From assembly GCA_051294375.1 (NCBI GenBank), contig CM119270.1:1393876-1457641 (forward strand): DNA of 63,766 nt, read 5' to 3'. Source of the DNA: Paraspadella gotoi. Taxonomy: Eukaryota > Animalia > Chaetognatha. This document shows, piece by piece, positions 54,555 through 63,766 of the stretch (position 1 is the stretch's first letter; each line of letters begins with the position of its first letter). Made by a program: the position numbers and the translations under genes. Below the pieces are notes generated by a model. It was not told the DNA's origin. It did no database searches and was given only the letters and a program-made list of their open reading frames with translations.

Positions 54555-55075
54555 TTTGGTGAAGGAAGGAAGGAAGGACTGACTCGCTCTCACTNNNNNN
54601 NNNNNNNNNNNNNNNNNNNNNNNNNNNNNNNNNNNNNNNNNNNNNNNNNNNNNNNNNNNNNNNNNNNNNNNNNNNNNNNNNNNNNNNNNNNNNNNNNNNN
54701 NNNNNNNNNNNNNNNNNNNNNNNNNNNNNNNNNNNNNNNNNNNNNNNNNNNNNNNNNNNNNNNNNNNNNNNNNNNNNNNNNNNNNNNNNNNNNNNNNNNN
54801 NNNNNNNNNNNNNNNNNNNNNNNNNNNNNNNNNNNNNNNNNNNNNNNNNNNNNNNNNNNNNNNNNNTGGTGAAGGAAGGAAGGAAGGACTGACTCGCTCT
54901 CACTCTCTTTCTCTCTGTCTCCCTCTTTGGTGAGGAAGGAAGGAAGGACTGACTCGCTCTCACTCTCTCTCTCTCTTTGTGTCTTTCTTTGGTGAGGAAG
55001 GAAGGAAGGATTGACTCGCTCTCACTCTCTCTCTCTTTGTGTCTTTCTTTGGTGGAGGAAGGAAGGAATGACTCT
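54555..55075. repeat. ~61-bp minisatellite spanning an N gap
   Basis: TTTGGTGA(A)GGAAGGAAGGAAGGACTGACTCGCTCTCACTCTC... near 54557, 54867, 54928, 54990 and 55050. Confidence 0.9.
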
Positions 55076-56093
55076 ATATCTCTCCACTAACTTTCAAGCT
55101 TTATTTATATTTTAATCATTTTAATCTATCTTTTTGACTAAACTTCAGTCAGTCTGTCTCCTCTTCACATCTCTCTCTATCTCTCTCTCTCTCTCTCTCT
55201 GTTTCTCTCCTTGTCTTTATTCTTTGAATCTTTTTGTCTCTGTCTCTCGCTTTTTTCAAAGAAAAATCCTTTAAAAGACAAAAAAGGCAAATGTAGAAAG
55301 AAGATAAAGAAATGAACAAGAATGAATAACAATGAACAACAATCCTCTCAATGGGGAAGATCACAACGACAACAACAACAACAATGAGAATAAAGACACA
55401 ATAAAAGAGATAATCGAGATCATAACAACAACAACAACAACGGAAACTCAAAGATGGACAATGGAGGACAATGAAGATGAGAGAGAGAGAGAGAGAATGA
55501 GATAGAGAGTCGGGTGACACGCACCATAAAAGGAGATAATAACAACAACGACATCCAAGGCAACAAAAGAGACAATTGAGAAAAAAGACAACGACGATGG
55601 CGACGACGACGACAACGATCTTAAAAGAGATTTTCTTAATTTTGTAATCTCATTTACATATTATAGTGTTTAATCTAAATGAGATCTCTTTCATTTTATA
55701 TTTCATTATTACACGTAGTTGTGTATTTTGTTTTTTTCAGTAGTTAATTACAGTCTTTAGCAATGTATTAACAGGAATCATAATAATATTCACAACGACG
55801 ACGACGAAGACGACGACGATAACGACGACTACAACAAAAGAATTCATCTCATGAGGATCGAATGACGAACCAGACGATCAAAAGAAAGAGAGAGTATGGT
55901 GTGCAGGGCAAGTCACAAGTCAGAAAGTTTTCCCAGGCCTACTTCAAAAAATAAATGAAAGAGAGCAATGAGGATCAATTAACCCAAAGTATTAATGTTT
56001 GAGTCAGGCGATAATTGAAAATGTGATTTTTTATTACAATTGAGAACAGTGAATTCCTAGAGAAAAGTTCTTTACGAGACACCTCAAAGCTAC

Positions 56094-56274
56094 CTGTTTT
56101 TGTATTAAGAAAATGTAGCGGCGGGCCATTTCTTGAACGCCGACCGATGGAGCTTATTGGACAGAATTTCAACCTTCAGGACAGAAATGCGCACGTGCCG
56201 AGGACCGTCATTTGCTGATAGCGGGCATGAGCGGCGTAGACGTGCTCGGCGCGTAGGATTGCCAGAAGAAAATC
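56094..56274 (-). CDS. Cys-rich GCC2_GCC3/Ephrin_rec_like repeat protein, internal exon (frameshifted)
   Basis: Acceptor aatcAG|G, donor caG|GTAGCT. Reads approximately GFF.....GP....HFCPEG.....P..TFLNT. A further partial exon probably starts at 55938 (gtAG|G...SD...PC). Confidence 0.55.
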
Positions 56275-56479
56275 CTGATTGGGGAAAACAAAATGTTCAA
56301 ATTTTGTCTCTATTCGCTTCATGCTGTTTACTAATAATTTGTATTATATCATTACTTATAGGTGTAATACTCCATTCGTATATGTTTGAATTCATACACC
56401 ATCATGTATTATATTGCATTTGAGAGCTGCTATATTTATATGTATAGACAAGCATCATTCTGTGTCTGAGTATATGTAC

Positions 56480-56661
56480 GGAGATAAGTCGTGCTCGTTG
56501 GCACTCTTCCTCGGGGTTCAGTCAAGGCGTAATTTTGTAAAGAAGAGTAGCGCTTGGGCGGCCAGGGCGTGCAGTGTCAAGACTACGTCTTTCCAAAATA
56601 CGAATAGTTGGAGAAAGTGCCTGACACACACGACGCGCGGCGAAGAGCTCCATCTTCGGTC
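56480..56661 (-). CDS. Cys-rich GCC2_GCC3/Ephrin_rec_like repeat protein, internal exon (frameshifted)
   Basis: GC-rich island between AT-rich introns. Reads approximately CVSGTFSN....CTP.P...Y....ALTEP...C. Boundaries approximate. Confidence 0.55.
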
Positions 56662-56717
56662 CTATCGCGCATAGTATGTTGATGTAGTGAAAAATATATT
56701 ATAGTAATTGCAGATAC

Positions 56718-57149
56718 TTTTTATATTAGAGTCCCGCTGAGCCGCGGAGCATAGAAATTCTAGAGAGAGATGCTCTAAATGAAGGTATGTCTTCCGGGCC
56801 AAAAATACTCCGGGTGGACACGGCCGCGGAAGCTCTCTCGCCTGTGCGCAAATAAAGAAACCGCGCGGGGCAGTCGGAACAGTTAGTCTGCGCCAATTAG
56901 CGCCAGGTTGGTACAGATTTCCTGACGCGGACATTCGTCTGGTTTGGCGCTGGCCTTCGGGCAATAAAGTGACCCGTGCAACAGTTTAATGTCAATCGAT
57001 TCTCAAAGTGGCCGCACGCGCTGGAAGCAGTAAAAGCCGCGGCGCACGGGACCCGATGGGCTGGCCAGACCGCGTATGCACGCAAAAACACATCGCAGCG
57101 TCGCAGGGGAGGGGCAATCTGTACGCCTGCGCGCCAATGCCATTCGTTG
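56718..57149 (-). CDS. Cys-rich GCC2_GCC3/Ephrin_rec_like repeat protein, large internal exon (frameshifted)
   Basis: Acceptor ctttcttttctaAG|. Across indels: TDC.PC..., C.AGFYC, NC.TGHYCP..SAKPDECP.G.YQP...QTNCSDCPRGFF.A.A..LPRPCPPGVF. This is the recurring CP.G.(Y/F)C motif. The 3' boundary is approximate. Confidence 0.7.
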
Positions 57150-57386
57150 CTTAGAAAAGAAAGAGGAAAATGATTTATTAAAATTTTATTTCATTTTCAA
57201 GTAAGGATGTATGAATTTGATTAAGGGCCAATCAATCGTTTAAACATCTTCAGGTCTATACATTGTTTTTATTAAATATTTAAATTAAATTAATTATTTA
57301 TTAAAATCAAACAAAAAAAATATGGCCATCACAAAAATCTATGCAATTAATAATAAGTTATTGGTAAATGTCTAGTCTGCTCTTAC

Positions 57387-57569
57387 GGTTTGTACGTCCT
57401 CGGGGCAGGGAACTTCGAAGGTCGGTCCCGTTTGGACTAGAAATGACGGCTACTGTACATTTTGTTGATTGCAGAGTGGGCCGACGCACCACACGCGGAA
57501 ACAGAAAAAACCCTCCGTAGGCATGAACCACTAGGCTGAGCTAGACCGAAGCGCGAGCGCAGAATGACC
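57387..57569 (-). CDS. Cys-rich GCC2_GCC3/Ephrin_rec_like repeat protein, internal exon (frameshifted)
   Basis: Acceptor ttattgcaAG|, donor |GTAAGA. Across indels: GH.C...QPSGSC.EGFFC..GA...QSTKCTV.HF.PNGT.FEVPCP.GTY. Confidence 0.65.
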
Positions 57570-57856
57570 CTTGCAATAAAGGTTATAAAGACTAGTTACA
57601 AAACGGAAAATATAATTTTAATGTAGTCTTTTTAAAAATTTTTAATCTCCTTGTCTTTTTTGTCTCTCTCCCTTGCTTTCCTTTGCTTCTGTTTTATTGA
57701 CAGAAATGTCAAGACATTGCGATTTAATTTAATTAGCCATGGTTGAACGATGAAAATGATAAAACAAGAAAGTTTTTCCTCTGATCCTTACAATTTCTGC
57801 TTCATTTTAATCTCATCAGCATACTATCGTCTCTTATGGCTAAGACTTAGATTTAC

Positions 57857-58010
57857 CTCTGGGGCACCGGAATTGGCCCGTGGCGGTCCGCTTGAGGAAC
57901 AGAGTAGGATGCCGACATGGGCATTCGGACTTGGCTGCTAGTTTGGAGTGTGGGCCTTGCGGTCGTGGAAACCATCAAGTGCATGAACCAAAACCCTCAT
58001 AAGCAAAGGC
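57857..58010 (-). CDS. Cys-rich GCC2_GCC3/Ephrin_rec_like repeat protein, internal exon (frameshifted)
   Basis: Minus strand ttatttccAG|G ... ccagaG|GTAAAT. Across indels it reads approximately GLC.EGF..C..GS...P...ECP.GSYC.P..T..P.RCPE. Confidence 0.6.
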
Positions 58011-58428
58011 CTGGAAATAATTAAACGGGGCGTGTGTTTTTTTGTTATTCAGAATTAAATATTTTTAATGCGAGAATACAAAAAATAGTGACGTTTACAC
58101 TATAGGTTTTTAGAAAATGACTAGAACAATTTAATCTTTCATTTTAATTTTAAAATTTATTAAACGAACAGATCGAGAAAAAAAATTGCGAGTACTGCTT
58201 GATTCAGGTTACTCCTCGGGAAAATGGTGAAGCTAAAAGTCTGGAGCAAGCGTCGATAAGGGAGCGCTCATGGTTCGGGAAATTTCCTTATGAGACGGAG
58301 AGGATAGAGAGAGAGAAGAGAAGTAGAGGAGAGAGAGAAGGAGAGAGAGAGAGAGGAGAAGAGAGAAGACGGACGAAAGTGGGTGTCATGTCGAATTGAA
58401 CGAGGGAACCACGATAATAGGATCTCTC

Positions 58429-58461
<33 letters not shown>

Positions 58462-59034
58462 GCTCTCGTCGTCTCTCTGCTCTCTCTCTTCTCTCGTCAT
58501 ACTCTCTCATGCATCTCTTCCTCTCTCCGTCATCTCTCTGGAGATCTCTCTCTCATCGTCTCTCTCTCTCTCTCTCCTCTGNNNNNNNNNNNNNNNNNNN
58601 NNNNNNTCTCTGCCCGACGCGTGTAAAACATAATCGAGGGATTTTGCCCGACAGTTTCGCCCGAACGCGTCACCCGACGGTCGCCCGAGCGTCGGTCACA
58701 CGTGACCGACAAGAAGAATCTTGGGAAAGAAAAACAGTAGATGAGAGAAAAAAGATAAAAGATGAAAAAATAATAAGAGAAAAATAAAAAATAAAAAAAT
58801 AAGAAAAAAATATAAATAAGCGTAGAATGTATTTAAATGAATCGAAATGATAACAAATAGTAGATTAGATATTTAATGAACGCTATAACAAGAAAACCAA
58901 CTGAATGAAATGAATGAATGAACGAATGAATTTATGAATGAACGAAACATGAGTTGATTGGATTAGCATTGAGACAACATCAACGACAACAACGACAGGG
59001 AATACTAGATTTAAACCGAGATAAGAATTAGGAA

Positions 59035-59082
<48 letters not shown>

Positions 59083-59114
59083 AGGAGAGAGGGAGAGAGA
59101 AGTAAAAGAGAGAG

Positions 59115-59352
59115 ATTGATATGATTGATCTGATTGATTTAATTAATGCTCAAAATGTGAAATGTTTATAACACATTAGTAACAATGTAACAGTTAATGA
59201 AGCCGTAACATATAACTGTATGTACAACATTTTAAAGAAAATGTGAGAATAAATTAACAAAACAAAAAAATACAAAGTGGACTAATTATATAACATAAGT
59301 TTTAAATTTCAGTAATTGTACATGACATAATCCCGTTCCTTTTTTTAACGTT
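59115..59352 (-). repeat. Inverted copy of transporter intron 3 sequence (~25190-25420)
   Basis: AACGTTAAAAAAGGAACGGGAT...ATAATTAGTCCACTTTGTA...CATTAACTGTTACATTGTTACT...CACATTTTGAGCAT matches in reverse complement. Confidence 0.85.
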
Positions 59353-59372
59353 ACAACACTCTCTCTATCGCC

Positions 59373-59419
<47 letters not shown>

Positions 59420-59855
59420 GAGAGAGAGAGAAGCATGTGAAAGAAAGGCAAGAGAAGGGTTCACGAAGCTAATGGTTAAACTTTTGAACAAAATTTGTTT
59501 ATTATGATGATTGTGATAGTGATGAATCATTGGACAGTGAATTAAATAAATTGCTCCCTCTCCTCTCTCTCTCCTTCTCTCCTCTAGTCGTATCCCTATC
59601 TCTGAACCATATCGTCATTATTCGTATTCGCATTTAGACGTAGGCAACGTGGGGCAACTCGCCAGTGACAACGCTTCTCCGCCCATCATATCTTTGCCTA
59701 CTTTTCATAAGTTTTGGTTTTATTCACTTCAATAAACTTTTCGGTTCACTGGAATCAAAAGAAAAATTCTCAGCAGGCATTGACGGGGGATCCGAGCATC
59801 CGTGAAAGCGGTGACGTTTTATGGTGAGAGAGAGAGATGAGAGGAGAGAGAATGA

Positions 59856-59892
<37 letters not shown>

Positions 59893-60239
59893 GAAGAGAG
59901 AGAGAGAGAGAGGAGAAGAGAGTAGAGAGAGACTTACTCTTCCCATTTCAATCGCGCCCCGTCGTCTCAGCGGATTCCATAGAATAGCAGAGAAAAAAAA
60001 TGTTTTTAAATGACGATTCAATGCCGTCTCGTCTGCTCTCTCTCTCTTTCTCTCTTTTCTCTGCATCTGCGTCTCTCTATCTCTCTCTTCACTCCTCTCT
60101 CTCTCTCTCTCTCTTCTCTTCATCTTTCTGTCTCATTCACGGGCGTCGAGATTGTCCGCATTATTCCAACGCCGGTAGATGATGCCGAATAACGACCAGA
60201 GAAAGGAGAGAGAGATGAGAGAGAGAGGAGAGAGAGAAG

Positions 60240-63200
60240 AGAGAGAAGAGAGAGAGCTCGTTTAAGCACAGTGAATAGAGTTGGTGACTCTTCCCTTCAT
60301 CTATTCACCTGGAAACTGGAAACGGAACATAAAATGGACTTCATCTCGGTGGATCGGATGTCGGTTCGGTTCCGTCAGTCGGTCCTGTCAGTCGCATTCA
60401 GCCCGCCGGTCCCCCGTCTTCCTCAATCGTCGTCGTTACGAGTCGTGGCTGATGTCCGTGAGGATGTTCATCAAACGGGTTGGCAACGCGGAGGCGAATG
60501 GATGGAGCGGACGTGCTTGGCGGCTGGCCGGCGGCTGCGGCGGGGCGGCGGAGGCGTGCCGGCTTGTGGGACAATAAAGTGGCGGCCGATCTCTCGAGTT
60601 GTCTGTTGTGATGTCCATGTGATTTTAATTGTAGTATGATGGGAAAATGTGTGAGGGAGGTAAAATATCATAGAGGTAAATGAGATGGGGTACAGAGAAG
60701 AGAGAGATGAGCAGCGAGAGATACACACACTAAGCTCAAGGATGGTAGAAAGAGGCAGAAAAAAAAAACTGAAAAGAATAACCTCAGGATTGAAAAAGTA
60801 TCTGTGATGGTGGACGGATGCTGTTATTTTGATTCATTCAAAGGCCAAAAAAAAAATAATAACAATCACAACGTGGTACTACTTTTTAAATCATTAGGAT
60901 TAATGTTATAAGAATAAATAGATATTTCGTTCAAAATATTTATTTTCCAACGAATATTATTGTTTGGAAATCTTCTTTATCGACGAAATTCTTTTTGTTT
61001 TTATTATCTTGGGGCCAAACGCTTCTGACGGATTATTTTTTTCCTGCCTTTTTTCGCCTTCGTCATTCTTCTCGACTCGAAACCTCTGGATTCCACATCC
61101 CCACAATTGCCTCTCTCTCTCCACACCCCAAACACGCCCCCATTCTTCCACCGCCCCCCTTTCCTGGAAGCTCAGAGATGTAAAATCGATTCAATTATAA
61201 AAAACGAAATTGAATATTTTTTTCCTTTCTTTCTTTTTTTTCTATTTCGTTTTTTTTGTTCTGAGATATCAGCGGGCTGAAGAGAGATCGTCAGGACGCG
61301 CAGTGAATTCGAAGGGAGGGAGGTAGGGGATATTAAGTAAAGAGGGCGTGGATGAGGGGAGGAGGGAAGAGAAAACGTAGGGAATTAATTCTCGATAGTG
61401 CGCTGTACTTGTAGTTCGGGGCATATTGCCTAAGTTCACCCGCCTATAAAAGAAGCATGGAAAACATTCAGTTATGACCGACCGTTGACGTCATTTAGTA
61501 AAGCCATCAGCGATCTTGACCTCTATGTACATGAGTTCTAATCCCAAACTGGCGAATATTTGGTAAAGTGAGAGCGAGCAATACTGACCTTTAGCTGTGT
61601 ATCGTTCTTATAGCGCTTCCTTCCATTTTTCCTTTTCTCTGCCCTCCTTCCTATTTTTCTTCTCTATTTCAAATTCTCCACGCTTTTGTACTTCCCTCTA
61701 TATTTAACCTAATCGTTCCCAGCGACATTATGCATCTGTCTTTCTTCCTGCTCTCTCCTCTCGGGCCTCATGTCGACAATTTACCTTGCCCTCAAGTTCC
61801 TTTCTTCTCGTCTTCTCTCCCTCCTCCTCCCTCTCTTTCGCTCTGNNNNNNNNNNNNNNNNNNNNNNNNNAGAGAGAGAGAGAGACTCGTTAGCACATGA
61901 ATAGAGTTGGTGACTCTTCCCTTCTCTTTCACCGGAAACTGAAACGGAACATAATGACTTCATCCGGTGGTCGGTCGGTCGGTCCGTCAGTCGGTCGGTC
62001 GGTCCGTCAGTCGGTCTGTCAGTCCATCAGCCCGCCGTCCCCCTCTCTCATCGTCGTCGTCGTCGTCGTCGTCGTCGNNNNNNNNNNNNNNNNNNNNNNN
62101 NNNNNNNNNNNNNNNNNNNNNNNNNNNNNNNNNNNNNNNNNNNNNNNNNNNNNNNNNNNNNNNNNNNNNNNNNNNNNNNNNNNNNNNNNNNNNNNNNNNN
62201 NNNNNNNNNNNNNNNNNNNNNNNNNNNNNNNNNNNNNNNNNNNNNNNNNNNNNNNNNNNNNNNNGCGGCGGCGGCGGCTTGTGGGAATAAGTGGCGGCCG
62301 ATTCTCGTTGTTGTTGTAGTCCATTGAATTTAAATTGAGATGAGGGAAAATGTGTGAGGGAGGTAATATCTAGAGGTAAAGAAGGGGACAGAGAGAGAGA
62401 GAGANNNNNNNNNNNNNNNNNNNNNNNNNNNNNNNNNNNNNNNNNNNNNNNNNNNNNNNNNNNNNNNNNNNNNNNNNNNNNNNNNNNNNNNNNNNNNNNN
62501 NNNNNNNNNNNNNNNNNNNNNNNNNNNNNNNNNNNNNNNNNNNNNNNNNNNNNNNNNNNNNNNNNNNNNNNNNNNNNNNNNNNNNNNNNNNNNNNNNNNN
62601 NNNNNNNNNNNNNNNNNNNNNNNNNNNNNNNNNNNNNNNNNNNNNNNNAAACAATCACAACGTAGGTACTACTTTTTAAAATCAATTATTAATGTTTAAG
62701 AATAGATAATATTCGTTCAAATATTATTTTCCACGAATATTATTTTTGAATTTTTACCAAATTCTTTTTTTTTTTCTTGGGGCCAAACCGCCTGACGGAT
62801 TAATTTTTTTTCCCTTCGCCTTCGTCATCTTCTCACTCGAACCCCTCTTCTACATCCCACAATTCCGCTCTCTCCTCCACACCCCAAACCANNNNNNNNN
62901 NNNNNNNNNNNNNNNNNNNNNNNNNNNNNNNNNNNNNNNNNNNNNNNNNNNNNNNNNNNNNNNNNNNNNNNNNNNNNNNNNNNNNNNNNNNNNNNNNNNN
63001 NNNNNNNNNNNNNNNNNNNNNNNNNNNNNNNNNNNNNNNNNNNNNNNNNNNNNNNNNNNNNNNNNNNNNNNNNNNNNNNNNNNNNNNNNNNNNNNNNNNN
63101 NNNNNNNNNNNNNNNNNNNNCCCGCCTATAAGCATGAAGCCTTCAGTTATGACCCCGTGACTCATTGAGTAAAGCCATCAGCTCTTGACCTCTATGTACA

Positions 63201-63440
63201 AGTTCAATCCCAAACTGGCGAATATTTGGTAATGAACTACAATACTGACTTCAGCTTGTATCTCCTCTTTCTCTCCCTCCTTCCTCTTTTTCTTCCTCTA
63301 TTCAAATTCTCCACCTTTTTTACTTCCCTCATCTTTACTATCTTCCCCACGCACTTATCAATCTTCTTTCTTCCTGCTCTCTCCCTCTCCCTCATTCACA
63401 ATTTACCTTCCCTCAATTCCTCTCTCTCTCTCTCTCCCTC
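60240..63440 (+). repeat. Tandem ~1.6 kb duplication across the 25-N gap at 61846-61870
   Basis: GAATAGAGTTGGTGACTCTTCCCTTC, CTTGGGGCCAAAC and CCCAAACTGGCGAATATTT occur in both 60240-61830 (insertion-rich) and 61871-63440 (gapped). Confidence 0.9.
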
Positions 63441-63580
63441 TCCCTCTCCCTCCCTCTCTTTCGCTCTGCCCCAAATTTTTTTTCAGAAAATGGACAAAAT
63501 ATTTTTTTATAGCGAATTTGAAAAAAATAAAAAAAAGATTCCGACGCTAAGAGGATTTTTTGTCAGTTGGACCGGGCGGC

Positions 63581-63625
<45 letters not shown>

Positions 63626-63766
63626 CACCGACGAATAAGGGAAAATATTTAAATATTTAAACAATGGATGTAAGCGATTAAACTCTTGTTGAGTTTTCCG
63701 ATTTCGAGAGAGAAAAAAAAATTTAAGGAAAAAGAGAGAATTTTTTGGGTGGAATAAAAATTGAGG

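Noticed and set aside
54555-55075. Repeat plus variable linker that looks like a CRISPR array
   Set aside because: The linkers are near-identical CT/GT low-complexity sequence, so this is an ordinary minisatellite.

Overview
Eukaryotic genomic DNA, very probably an invertebrate animal (spliceosomal introns, BEL/Pao retrotransposon, Penelope-type ribozyme motif). It is AT-rich and saturated with (AG/CT)n, (GTC/GAC)n and other microsatellites. The assembly is a gapped draft whose gaps appear to have been patched with raw, indel-rich long reads: there are seven exactly 25-N gaps, several flanked by noisy direct or inverted duplications. Almost all ORFs in the supplied track are microsatellite or N-gap artefacts. 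Supportable content: (1) a 4-exon EamA/DMT (SLC35G-like) transporter gene, + strand, 23069-25760; (2) about six exons of a Cys-rich GCC2_GCC3/Ephrin_rec_like repeat gene, - strand, ~55895-58010; (3) a decayed BEL/Pao gag-pol, - strand, ~44330-49400, with a ~0.7 kb insert inside RNase H that resembles a LINE endonuclease start; (4) a ~210 bp Penelope-like insertion with a 13-bp TSD, a long hairpin and a minimal type I hammerhead motif (32625-32860); (5) a MITE-like element with TTAGGG-like interior in an intron; (6) several minisatellites, including a 30-bp array that reads as a His/Asp-rich decapeptide repeat. I see no CRISPR array, rRNA or tRNA, and no convincing new multi-gene system. All alignments and translations were done by eye, so coordinates marked ~ are approximate.
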